Assembly: GCA_017856055.1 (NCBI GenBank)
Contig: JAFMFP010000002.1
Coordinates: 1 to 50,751, forward strand
Length of the DNA stretch: 50,751 bases
DNA from: Fidelibacterota bacterium
Lineage (GTDB): Bacteria; Fidelibacterota; Marinisomatia; Marinisomatales; Marinisomataceae
Direction of reading: 5' to 3'
The notes beneath the pieces are model-generated. The model was not told where the DNA came from and ran no database searches. It was given only the letters and a program-made list of their open reading frames with translations. The position numbers and the translations under genes were made by a program. Numbering within the stretch: the first letter of the stretch is position 1; every line of letters begins with the position of its first letter. This document shows positions 19,793 through 28,413 of the stretch, in pieces.

Positions 19793-21280
19793 ATGAAAAA
19801 GAAAAAATTTGGAAACTACCCCTTTGATAAAGGTATCTATAAAAGGATGTACCAAGATAAACTTTGGACTATGAGACAGTATTCTGGTTTTTCGTCAACA
19901 GAAGAATCCAATAAGCGCTATCTTGAAATTATACAAAACGGTGGAACGGGGCTTTCTGTTGCTTTTGATTTACCAACTCAGATGGGGTACGATTCTGATC
20001 ATGAAATGGCTTTTGGAGAGGTAGGAAAATCTGGAGTCCCAATTTCAACTATTGAAGACATGGAGGCCATTTTTGATAAGATCAATCTTGAAAAGATTTC
20101 TGTTTCAATGACGATTAATTCTACTGCCGCAATATTGTTAGCTTTTTACATTGCTGTTGCAAAAAAAAAGAATTTCTCCCTTGCTAAACTAAGGGGAACT
20201 CTTCAAAATGATATATTAAAAGAATATATTGCCAGGGGAACATTTATTTACCCAATAAATCATTCATTGAGAATCACCTCTGATATTTTTAAGTACTGCC
20301 AAAAAAATGTGCCACAATTTAATCCTATTTCGATTTCGGGATATCATATTCGTGAAGCTGGCAGTACAGCTATTCAGGAATTAGCCTTTACTTTCTCTAA
20401 TGCAATAACCTATATGGAAATTGCTAAACAAAATAAAATTGATTTAAAACAATTAGCGAAAAAGTTTTCTTTTTTCTTTAATTCTCATAAAGATTTTTTT
20501 GAGGAAGTAGCAAAATTTAGAGCAGCGAGAATTATTTGGGCAAAAATTATTAAAGAACACTTTGGGATTGATGATATTGAGGCTCAATTATGCAGATTTC
20601 ATGTTCAAACTGGGGGATCGACCTTAACAGCTCAGCAAATTGATAATAATATCACTCGTACGAGCCTCCAATGTTTAGCCGCAGTTTTAGGTGGGGCTCA
20701 ATCAATTCATACAAATGCCAAGGATGAAGCCATTAGCCTTCCATCAAAAGAGAATGCGCTAACCGCTTTAAAAATTCAGCAAATTATCGCCTATGAAACT
20801 GGAATCACAAATTATGTTGATCCCATTGGAGACAGTTCGCTTGTTTCCGATTTAACTAAAAAGATTGTGAAAGAAACAAATAAAAAAATAAATGAAATTA
20901 TCAAAAAAGGTGGTACAATTAATTGCATTGAAACTGGAATAATTCAAAAAGAAATTGAAGAGTCTGCTATAAAATATCAGAGTCAAATTGAAAATAAAGA
21001 AAAAATTATAGTAGGAGTCAATGCCTTTGAAACTGAATTGGAAAATCATGCTTCAGTTAGCTCGAAACACCAAGATAATCTAAATAGAATAAAAGAATTG
21101 AAACTATTCAAAGAAAAAAGAAATCTTGGAAAAGTCAATCAGTCGCTAGAAGACTTAAAAAAAACCTCTCTTTCAAATAAAAATCTTATGGAGTCATTAA
21201 TTTTATGTGTTGAAAATCTATGTACTCTTGGCGAAATATCAGATGTTTTAAGAGATACATTTGGAGTTTTTGAAATATAG
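19793..21280 (+). CDS. Methylmalonyl-CoA mutase family, catalytic (substrate-binding barrel) subunit without a B12-binding domain
   Basis: The 495-aa ORF has KRMYQDKLWTMRQYSGFSSTEESNKRY, GLSVAFDLPTQMGYDSD, GTLQNDILKEYIARGTFIYP and ISISGYHIREAG. Tyr and Arg at the MCM-diagnostic positions favour MCM over isobutyryl-CoA mutase. Confidence 0.9.
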   Translation: MKKKKFGNYPFDKGIYKRMYQDKLWTMRQYSGFSSTEESNKRYLEIIQNGGTGLSVAFDLPTQMGYDSDHEMAFGEVGKSGVPISTIEDMEAIFDKINLEKISVSMTINSTAAILLAFYIAVAKKKNFSLAKLRGTLQNDILKEYIARGTFIYPINHSLRITSDIFKYCQKNVPQFNPISISGYHIREAGSTAIQELAFTFSNAITYMEIAKQNKIDLKQLAKKFSFFFNSHKDFFEEVAKFRAARIIWAKIIKEHFGIDDIEAQLCRFHVQTGGSTLTAQQIDNNITRTSLQCLAAVLGGAQSIHTNAKDEAISLPSKENALTALKIQQIIAYETGITNYVDPIGDSSLVSDLTKKIVKETNKKINEIIKKGGTINCIETGIIQKEIEESAIKYQSQIENKEKIIVGVNAFETELENHASVSSKHQDNLNRIKELKLFKEKRNLGKVNQSLEDLKKTSLSNKNLMESLILCVENLCTLGEISDVLRDTFGVFEI

Positions 21281-21282
21281 AA

Positions 21283-21302
21283 TTCCTAAAAAATTTTAGG
21301 AA
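21283..21302 (+). terminator. AT-rich hairpin after the mutase gene (weak intrinsic-terminator candidate)
   Basis: TTCCTAAAA-AA-TTTTAGGAA is an inverted repeat that begins 3 nt after the stop codon. The stem has only two G:C pairs and no clean T-run follows. Confidence 0.3.
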
Positions 21303-21370
21303 CAATATTTATTTAAATGAATAATATTAATATATTTGACAGCAAAAATTTTTAACCAAAAAGGAACAAA

Positions 21371-21943
21371 ATGAACAATACAAAACTATTTATTTTTTCT
21401 AGCTTAGCTTTATTCCTAGTTAACTGTGCTGGAACTTCTCCAAGCATAAGTGATGTAGCAAAAAGCTCAGAAAATCAAAATAACAAACAAGAACAGAAGC
21501 AGGAAGTTTCTGTAGAAAAATTTACTATTCAAGAACCAGAGTCTCCTATGGTTGGAGTCAACGTTTTCGAACCATATATGATTAAAAGAGGTGACATTTT
21601 AACACGAATTGCATTAAATGAATATGGAAATGCATCTATGTGGAAAGAAATATACGCTTGGAATAAGGAAATTATTGGCGAAAATCCTGATAAAATATTT
21701 CCCTATAATTTCTTATCTCTAAAACGAAAAGTTTCAGAAGCAAAAAATTGTGATATAGATTATTTCCAATATGAAATTCAACCTGGAGATACTGCCTGGA
21801 ATCTTGCTCAAAGAGTATATGGGGATGAACTTGCTTGGGTGGTAATTTACATGGATAATTCAGAACTTATCAGCAGCAATAATGGAATTCTCCAGCCTGG
21901 AACTTTTTTCAAGATGAGAAAGAATCTTGATCCTTGCAGCTAA
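21371..21943 (+). CDS. LysM-domain (peptidoglycan-binding) exported or lipoprotein
   Basis: The 190-aa ORF has a signal peptide ending LVNC-AG and two LysM-like modules (YMIKRGDILTRIA...; YEIQPGDTAWNLAQRVYG...). Confidence 0.75.
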   Translation: MNNTKLFIFSSLALFLVNCAGTSPSISDVAKSSENQNNKQEQKQEVSVEKFTIQEPESPMVGVNVFEPYMIKRGDILTRIALNEYGNASMWKEIYAWNKEIIGENPDKIFPYNFLSLKRKVSEAKNCDIDYFQYEIQPGDTAWNLAQRVYGDELAWVVIYMDNSELISSNNGILQPGTFFKMRKNLDPCS

Positions 21944-22518
21944 ATCTAGATAAGCTTGAACTGAATACTAAATGGATTCTCTCTGGAAAAAATTCATTTT
22001 TATACTTTGAAAGAATCCCAACTACAATTGATATTGCCCTGGAAAAATTCAATCAAGAAAAAAACCAGGGCAAGATTGTTATAGCCGATTTTCAAGAAAA
22101 AGGAAGGGGGTCATTTTCTAAATCATGGCATTCCTCACCTTATAAAGATTTAACCTTTAGCATAATTTTGGGATACAAAAATCAATTTAACCAAAACCTG
22201 GTTAATGAAACTTGTTATGCTATAAAGAATTTTCTCCAACTATATAAGCTTGAAAGCATTATCAAAACCCCAAATGATATTTTAGTAGGCAACAAGAAAC
22301 TCGCTGGAGTCTTACTGTCTAAAAAAACTATTAATAATTTATCTTTCCAAACACTGAGTATTGGTATCAATATTAATTCTTCACTAGAGTTAAAAAATTA
22401 TCCATTTGAAGCTACTTCACTATGCTTAGAAATTGGCAATGAGGTTGAAAGAGAATCTTGCCTTGTGGAGATAATAAATCAAATTGATGGAGCAATTAAA
22501 AGGCAGATTGCCCAGTAA
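21934..22518 (+). CDS. birA: Biotin-[acetyl-CoA-carboxylase] ligase, minimal catalytic-domain-only form
   Basis: The 194-aa ORF starts at TTG. It has a degenerate biotin loop QEKGRGSFSKSWHS, then KTPNDILVGNKKLAGVLLS and SIGININ. There is no HTH and no room for a C-terminal domain. Confidence 0.75.
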   Translation: MQLNLDKLELNTKWILSGKNSFLYFERIPTTIDIALEKFNQEKNQGKIVIADFQEKGRGSFSKSWHSSPYKDLTFSIILGYKNQFNQNLVNETCYAIKNFLQLYKLESIIKTPNDILVGNKKLAGVLLSKKTINNLSFQTLSIGININSSLELKNYPFEATSLCLEIGNEVERESCLVEIINQIDGAIKRQIAQ

Positions 22519-23662
22519 TTTTCTCCCCAATGATTAATGTATGAATTTCGTGAGTACCTTCGTAAGTAGAAACAGTTTCCAAGTTCATTAGGTGTCTCAT
22601 AATTGAATATTCTTCCATAATACCGTTTGCACCTAAAATTTCTCTTGAAAGTTTTGCACATTTACGTGCGATATCAACATTATTTAACTTGCCAAGAGAA
22701 ATATGTGAAAAGTCTAATTGATTGTTCTCTTTTAAATGCGACAATTGAAGCGATAATAATTGAGCTTTTGTGATTTCTTGAATCATTTGAGTTAACTTTT
22801 GTTGTGTTAGTTGAAAAGCAGAAATCGGTTTTGAAAATTGTACTCTATCGGAACTATACTTCAAGGCAATCTCATAGCAATCTATTGCTGCGCCTAAAGT
22901 TCCCCACACTATTGAAAACCTTGCTTGAGTTAAACAAGAAAGCGGACCCTTAAGACCCTGAACAGAAGGGAGTCGATTTGAATCCGGAACTCGTACATTA
23001 TTCATAGATAACTCTGAAGTAATTGAAGCTCTTAAGCTCATTTTTCCGTGAATATCAGAAGCGCTAAATCCTTCCATATCTTTTTCAAGAATAAAACCAC
23101 GCACAATACCTTTTTCATCTTTAGCCCAAACGATTGCTATATCTGCAATTGAACCATTTGTAATCCACATTTTGGAGCCACTAATTATCCAGTCATCTCC
23201 ATCCTTTACAGCTTTAGTTTTCATACCTCCAGGATCAGAGCCATGATTAGATTCCGTTAAGCCAAAACAACCAATCGTCTCACCTGAACACAATGATGGT
23301 AGCCATCTGTCTTTTTGCTCTTGAGATCCATATTGGTATATAGGGTAGATTACCAATCCATTTTGAACGCTGCAAAAAGAACGAAGGCCTGAATCGCCTT
23401 TTTCTAATTCTTGCATGATTAAACCATAAGCTAGCTGTGATATTTCATTTCCTCCATATTTCTGGGGAAGAGTAGAACCAAAAAAACCAAGTTCACCCAT
23501 TCTGGGAATTAGACTTTTGGGGAAAGTTCCTTGATTGTAAGCATCAACTACTAAAGGCAAAAATTCATTTTTAACAAATTCATGAGCAGTTTTTTGGATT
23601 AGCAATTCTTCATCAGAAAGACCTTCAAAGACATTACAAAAATCTGGTCCTATATATTTCAT
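22496..23662 (-). CDS. gcdH: Glutaryl-CoA dehydrogenase
   Basis: The 388-aa ORF has GLTESNHGSDPGGMKTKA, WITNGSIADIAIVWAK, GPLSCLTQARFSIVWG and YEGTHEIHTLIIGEKITG, which are typical GCDH-type acyl-CoA dehydrogenase motifs. Confidence 0.92.
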   Translation of the reverse strand: MKYIGPDFCNVFEGLSDEELLIQKTAHEFVKNEFLPLVVDAYNQGTFPKSLIPRMGELGFFGSTLPQKYGGNEISQLAYGLIMQELEKGDSGLRSFCSVQNGLVIYPIYQYGSQEQKDRWLPSLCSGETIGCFGLTESNHGSDPGGMKTKAVKDGDDWIISGSKMWITNGSIADIAIVWAKDEKGIVRGFILEKDMEGFSASDIHGKMSLRASITSELSMNNVRVPDSNRLPSVQGLKGPLSCLTQARFSIVWGTLGAAIDCYEIALKYSSDRVQFSKPISAFQLTQQKLTQMIQEITKAQLLSLQLSHLKENNQLDFSHISLGKLNNVDIARKCAKLSREILGANGIMEEYSIMRHLMNLETVSTYEGTHEIHTLIIGEKITGQSAF

Positions 23663-24351
23663 TTATTATAGACCTCAAACCAAATCTTGGTAGTCTCTGG
23701 AAAAACTTCCATCATAATTTCTTTTAAAGCTTTAGCATATTCTTGAATTTCAATCTGAGATGTGGCTTCATCTCTAAGTTCAATAAAATTCATAATTGAT
23801 TGAAAAGATGCAGTCCACCAAACTTTTGTATATACTGTAAGTGGCAATATGCTTCTAGCCTGCTCCTTTGCCATGCCAAGATCAAGCATCTTCTCATAAT
23901 TGCAAATTGCAGTGTTTTGAGCTTCCTGCCACAAGCTTTTGGCCTTCTCTTGATCATCAATTAATCCTTCACTCGCCTGCTTATTATCATTGGATTGTTT
24001 TCTAAAATCAATTGGTTCATAAAAATCCTCATAAGGAACGTATCTTCCGCTAATTTCATTCCATGCGTGATCTTTTGTTGGATGAGTAGAGGTTGTCTCA
24101 ATGCCAACAACATGTTTATACCATTGTCTCATAACAAATTCCGGTGCTTTGATTATAAACATACAATGCTGGTGCCTAAAGGGGCTAAAATGTTTATGCT
24201 TAATTAGATATTTCGAAAGCTTTTGGTCTTTATCTGTGAAAGATTCGCTAAATCCATCAAAAGAAACGCGAGCAGCATTTACGGGGGTCAAATCATCCCC
24301 AAGCTTATCCACCAGCTCAATAAATCCTTTATCCAAAACAATTTTTTTCAT
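23659..24351 (-). CDS. thyX: FAD-dependent thymidylate synthase ThyX (variant signature motif)
   Basis: The 230-aa ORF is collinear with canonical ThyX (LDKGFIELVD..., AARVSF, IIKAPEFVMRQW..., NEISGRY, SILPLTVYTKVWWTASFQSIMNFIELR). The RHR motif, however, reads KHV and is followed by an insertion. Confidence 0.85.
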   Translation of the reverse strand: MKKIVLDKGFIELVDKLGDDLTPVNAARVSFDGFSESFTDKDQKLSKYLIKHKHFSPFRHQHCMFIIKAPEFVMRQWYKHVVGIETTSTHPTKDHAWNEISGRYVPYEDFYEPIDFRKQSNDNKQASEGLIDDQEKAKSLWQEAQNTAICNYEKMLDLGMAKEQARSILPLTVYTKVWWTASFQSIMNFIELRDEATSQIEIQEYAKALKEIMMEVFPETTKIWFEVYNK

Positions 24352-24352
24352 A

Positions 24353-25135
24353 TTAATAAAGTAAATCTGAAATCGTATAAAACATATTAGAATTTGAAGC
24401 TATAATGGGGTCTGTCACAAGGGTTTTCTTCTGATTATAGAGTATAGTTTTGCTATCAATTGTCTTCAATACACCTCCGGCTTCATTTATAATACAATCT
24501 GCAGCACAAATATCCCATTCATTTTTGGGTGCAATTGTAGCAAAACAATCTACAGATTGATCAGCAACTTTTGCAATTTTATAAGCAATACTTCCGATAG
24601 GAGAAATTTCTGAAAAATTTTTTTGATACGCGCTCCATTCTCCTCTTTTAAATTCAGAACGAGATACAGCAATGTTTGCTTTTTTCAAATCAACTTCTTC
24701 TGAACAAAGTATCTTATTTTGATTTTTAAATGCGCCTGAGTTTTTTGAAGCATAAAAAAGTTCATCTGTAACAGGATTAAAAATTACGCCAACTACAGGG
24801 ATTTGATTTTCAACAAGGGCAATGCTTACGCAAAATTGAGGTATTTGTTCGATGAATTCTTTAGTTCCATCTAGCGGGTCTACCACCCAAATTCTTTTTT
24901 TTTCTAATCGAATGTGGTCATCTACAGTTTCCTCAGATAACCATCCATCTGAAGGAAATTCGCCTGTCAAAAAATTTTTAATGTACTTATCAGCTTCAAA
25001 ATCAGCATCGGTTACTGGATTGTCTTCACCCTTTTCTTGGACATTTTTATTTTCATCTAGATAATATTTTAAAAGAATTTTTCCAGCATTTCTTGCGGCG
25101 ACCTTTGCGGCAACTAGCTCTGATAGATATGTCAT
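24353..25135 (-). CDS. cysQ: Inositol monophosphatase family / 3'(2'),5'-bisphosphate nucleotidase (CysQ-like)
   Basis: The 260-aa ORF has WLSEET, WVVDPLDGTKEF and WDICAADCI motifs. Confidence 0.85.
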   Translation of the reverse strand: MTYLSELVAAKVAARNAGKILLKYYLDENKNVQEKGEDNPVTDADFEADKYIKNFLTGEFPSDGWLSEETVDDHIRLEKKRIWVVDPLDGTKEFIEQIPQFCVSIALVENQIPVVGVIFNPVTDELFYASKNSGAFKNQNKILCSEEVDLKKANIAVSRSEFKRGEWSAYQKNFSEISPIGSIAYKIAKVADQSVDCFATIAPKNEWDICAADCIINEAGGVLKTIDSKTILYNQKKTLVTDPIIASNSNMFYTISDLLY

Positions 25136-25290
25136 ATTTATATGGTTTTTTTAACTTTAGTTTTTAAATTACAAATGAATATTGAGAAATTAATTTAACC
25201 TATTATTTTTTTATTTTTATAAGATTTATAAACAATTTTTCTTTTTCTCATATTCCATCCTATTGATATAGGGAAATACGGACTACGACA

Positions 25291-26787
25291 ATGAATAAAG
25301 AAATTTATATCAGTAAAGGCGTAGGAGAAACAAGAATTGCAGTGACTGAAAATGGTCATCTTGCTGAACTCCACGTCGATAAAGAAACACAAGAAAGAAC
25401 AGTCGGCAATATTTATAAGGGTATCGTGGAAAATGTTATCCCTGGAATGCAAGCAGCATTTGTGAATATTGGACAAAAAGTAAATGCTTTTCTCCCCTTT
25501 TCAGAAATTTCTGATCCTGAGCACTTAGATACCGATAAAACAAAAAAGGATAACCAAATAGAAGTGTTATTATCACCGGGACAGGAGATAATCGTTCAAG
25601 TTATTAAGGAACCATTTGATAATAAGGGTGCTCGAGTAACAACCAATCTATCTATAGCTGGAAGATTTCTAGTATTAATTCCTAAGTCTAAATATGTTGG
25701 TGTTTCAAAAAAATTATTAGACAAATATGAGAGAAGAAGATTAAAAAAGATTGCTCTTGAAATTAGAAAACCGGGGCTAGGAATAATTATTCGGACTGTA
25801 GCAGAAGGAAAAACTGAAGAACAAATCGTAAATGATTACAATTCATTAGTCAAAAAATATAATGATCTTATAGAATTATCTGATAAAAAAAGCGCTCCTA
25901 TGTTAGCATATAACGATCTTGAAACAACTTCTAGCGTTTTAAGAGATTTAATTAATGATAAAGTTTCTAAAATTGTTACAGACTCTCGCGAGGATTATAA
26001 AAAGATTTTAAAAATTATTAAAGATGATTCTCTTGGAATCGAAGACTCGCTTGAACACTATAGAAAAAGGGAACCGCTTTTTAGAAATATTGGTATTCAT
26101 GGGCCAATGATGAAACTTTTAAAGAAGAAAGTTTGGCTAAAAAGTGGAGCATATTTAATAATTGAAAGAACTGAAGCTATGGTTGTAGTTGATGTCAATA
26201 GTGGAAAATTTGTTGGTAAAAAGGGACATGAAGAAAATTCTTTAAAAATCAATTTGGAGGCAGCAACAGAAATAGCTAAACAATTAAGGTTAAGGCATTT
26301 GTCGGGTTTAATTTTGATTGATTTTATTGATATGAATGAATCAGCAAACAGAAAAAAGGTATACCAACAAATGAAAAAAGAATTGAGGTTGGATCGAGCA
26401 AAAGTAGCTGTGTCTGAAATCTCTGAATTTGGAGTACTTGAAATGACTAGAGAGAGAACTGGGTTGAGTATGATTGATTCGATTACAGAGGCTTGCGATT
26501 GTTGTAACGGTTGGGGGAGAATAATTTCTAAAGATACTCTACTGACTAGTGTAGACCACTGGCTAAGAGAATACAAACAACAAAATAAAGATCTGAGATT
26601 AAAATTGTATCTTCATCCAGAGATAGCTGCATATTTAAAAAATGAGAAAACTAGAGATTTTATTAAATTAATGTGGCAAAATTTTGTCTATTTAAAAATT
26701 ATTGAAGACTATTCCTTTAATAAAAACCAATTTAAGTTTACAAAAATGAATGATGATATAGATTTAACCAATGAAATAGGTACTTGA
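25291..26787 (+). CDS. rng: Ribonuclease G/E family endoribonuclease
   Basis: The 498-aa ORF has an S1 domain (GNIYKGIVENVIPGMQAAFVNIG), the DNase-I-like/5' sensor region, VVVDVNSG, and the Zn-link-like motif CDCCNGWGRI. Confidence 0.92.
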   Translation: MNKEIYISKGVGETRIAVTENGHLAELHVDKETQERTVGNIYKGIVENVIPGMQAAFVNIGQKVNAFLPFSEISDPEHLDTDKTKKDNQIEVLLSPGQEIIVQVIKEPFDNKGARVTTNLSIAGRFLVLIPKSKYVGVSKKLLDKYERRRLKKIALEIRKPGLGIIIRTVAEGKTEEQIVNDYNSLVKKYNDLIELSDKKSAPMLAYNDLETTSSVLRDLINDKVSKIVTDSREDYKKILKIIKDDSLGIEDSLEHYRKREPLFRNIGIHGPMMKLLKKKVWLKSGAYLIIERTEAMVVVDVNSGKFVGKKGHEENSLKINLEAATEIAKQLRLRHLSGLILIDFIDMNESANRKKVYQQMKKELRLDRAKVAVSEISEFGVLEMTRERTGLSMIDSITEACDCCNGWGRIISKDTLLTSVDHWLREYKQQNKDLRLKLYLHPEIAAYLKNEKTRDFIKLMWQNFVYLKIIEDYSFNKNQFKFTKMNDDIDLTNEIGT

Positions 26788-26820
26788 TAGGGAGTAATTT
26801 AGATATTAACTTCACCCGCT

Positions 26821-27213
26821 ATGATAGCCATATTACAAATTAATGGAAAACAGTATAAAGTTTCTAAGGGAGATAAAGTTCTCATCGATTCTAAAATTGA
26901 TGTTGAAAATGGGAAAACCATCAACCTCGATCAAGTTTTAGCAATTTCTGATAATGACAAAAATATTTTTAACCCTAAAGAGCTTGAATCATTTGTTGTA
27001 AAAGCAAAAGTTATTGATCATTCAAGAGATAGTAAGGTAACTATTATAAAGAAAAAAAGAAGAAAGGGTTACCAACGTAAAATGGGTCATCGCCAAGATT
27101 TGACGATGATTGAAATCCAATCAATTGGTAGCTCAACTAAGAAAAATACTTCAGAAAAAAAATCTAAAACTACTAGCTCTAAAAAAGCTACAACCCCAAA
27201 AAAGGAGAGTTAA
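26821..27213 (+). CDS. rplU: 50S ribosomal protein L21 with a K/S/T-rich C-terminal tail
   Basis: The ORF starts MIAILQINGKQYKVSKGDKV... and is followed by rpmA 3 nt downstream. Confidence 0.93.
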   Translation: MIAILQINGKQYKVSKGDKVLIDSKIDVENGKTINLDQVLAISDNDKNIFNPKELESFVVKAKVIDHSRDSKVTIIKKKRRKGYQRKMGHRQDLTMIEIQSIGSSTKKNTSEKKSKTTSSKKATTPKKES

Positions 27214-27216
27214 TCA

Positions 27217-27471
27217 ATGGCTCATAAAAAAGGTCAAGGTAGTTCCAGAAATGGAAGAGACTCTAACTCAAAAAGATTAGGTGTCAAAGTTTCTGATGGT
27301 CAATCTATTCTTGCTGGAAGCATTATTGTTAAACAACGTGGAACAAAGTACCACGCTGGCTTAAACGTTGGTAGAGGAAATGACGATTCTCTTTTCGCAA
27401 AATCTCATGGATATGTCAAGTTCTCTAAAAAAGGTTCTACTACCTTTGTTAATGTTGTTGAAAAAAATTAA
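27217..27471 (+). CDS. rpmA: 50S ribosomal protein L27
   Basis: The ORF reads [24 protein letters not shown]...[13 protein letters not shown]. An AGGAG Shine-Dalgarno sequence lies 8 nt upstream. Confidence 0.96.
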   Translation: MAHKKGQGSSRNGRDSNSKRLGVKVSDGQSILAGSIIVKQRGTKYHAGLNVGRGNDDSLFAKSHGYVKFSKKGSTTFVNVVEKN

Positions 27472-27473
27472 TC

Positions 27474-28409
27474 ATGCGCAGACCTAAAATATCTCTGATT
27501 GGTGGAGGACAAGTTGGAGGTAATATTGCTCTCCTTGCTGCTCAAAAAGAATTAGGTGATATTACTATCATTGACATTCCAGATTCCGAAAATTTTATTA
27601 AAGGAAAAGCTTTAGATATATTGCAACTTTTACCATTAGAAGGATACGATGTTAAAATTAATGCATCTTCTGATTTTTCTGATATCCAAGATTCTGATGC
27701 TATAGTTATTACTGCTGGATTTCCAAGACAACCGGGAATGAACCGTGAAGACTTATTAAAGAAAAATCTGGACATCATATCTAATGTTGCAAAACAAGTT
27801 AAGACACACGCCCCCAATGCTTTTGTTATTGTTGTATCCAACCCTCTTGATGCAATGGTATATGCCTTTTATAAAGTCTCTGGTTTTACAAAAAACAAAG
27901 TTGTTGGAATGGCGGGTGCATTGGATAGTACTAGATTTCGAGCTTTTATTGCTGAGGCTACTGGATTGTCATCTCAAGACATCAATTGTATGGTTTTAGG
28001 TGGGCATGGAGATACTATGGTGCCTGTAAGCAGATTAGCTACTATTGGAGGCGTTCCTCTTACAGCCATCCTTGACAAGCAGACCATACAATCTATTGAA
28101 GAAAGAACACGTTTTGGGGGTGGAGAAATTGTAAAACTTTTTGGTAAAGGTTCCGCTTTTTATGCTCCGGCTCAATCTTCTGTCGAAATGCTTGAAAGCT
28201 TTATTAGAGACAAAAAAAGAGTGATTCCTTGCGCTTCTCTTTGCGATGGAGAATTTGGTATTGATGGATATTTTATTGGAGTTCCTACAGTGATTGGTGC
28301 TGGAGGAGTAGAAAAAGTTATTGATTTTGAGTTAACTGATTCTGAAAAAAGAGCTTTAGAAGATACCATTACAGCTGTTAAAAAAACTGTTCAAGAAACA
28401 GGTCTTTAA
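27474..28409 (+). CDS. mdh: Malate dehydrogenase (LDH-like MDH type)
   Basis: The 311-aa ORF has KISLIGGGQVGG (Rossmann), ITAGFPRQPGMNREDLL and GGHGDTMVP. Confidence 0.93.
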   Translation: MRRPKISLIGGGQVGGNIALLAAQKELGDITIIDIPDSENFIKGKALDILQLLPLEGYDVKINASSDFSDIQDSDAIVITAGFPRQPGMNREDLLKKNLDIISNVAKQVKTHAPNAFVIVVSNPLDAMVYAFYKVSGFTKNKVVGMAGALDSTRFRAFIAEATGLSSQDINCMVLGGHGDTMVPVSRLATIGGVPLTAILDKQTIQSIEERTRFGGGEIVKLFGKGSAFYAPAQSSVEMLESFIRDKKRVIPCASLCDGEFGIDGYFIGVPTVIGAGGVEKVIDFELTDSEKRALEDTITAVKKTVQETGL

Positions 28410-28413
28410 TTTT

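Noticed and set aside
20161-20169. A9 homopolymer in the mutase gene. Similar 9-nt T runs occur in cysQ (about 24895-24903) and the NUDIX gene (about 47976-47984 and 48047-48055). These were considered as slippage or phase-variation sites.
   Set aside because: They encode lysine runs in frame within intact housekeeping ORFs. Such tracts are expected in a very AT-rich genome, and there is no sign of frameshifted copies.
25164-25198. Inverted repeat TTAAATTA...TAATTTAA in the cysQ/rng intergenic region.
   Set aside because: The 8-bp stem is made only of A:T pairs with a 19-nt loop. That is expected by chance in this composition and too unstable to call as a structure.
26097-26576. 159-aa antisense ORF inside rng. 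This is unusually long for an AT-rich genome, where stop codons are frequent.
   Set aside because: It has no start context, no motif, and the leucine/serine-rich composition typical of the reverse frame of a K/E-rich gene. The rng frame is strongly supported across the same interval.
27115-27213. K/S/T-rich low-complexity tail of L21, considered as a possible repeat or fused gene.
   Set aside because: It is in frame and continuous with rplU, and there is no nucleotide-level tandem repeat. Basic tails on ribosomal proteins are common lineage-specific extensions.
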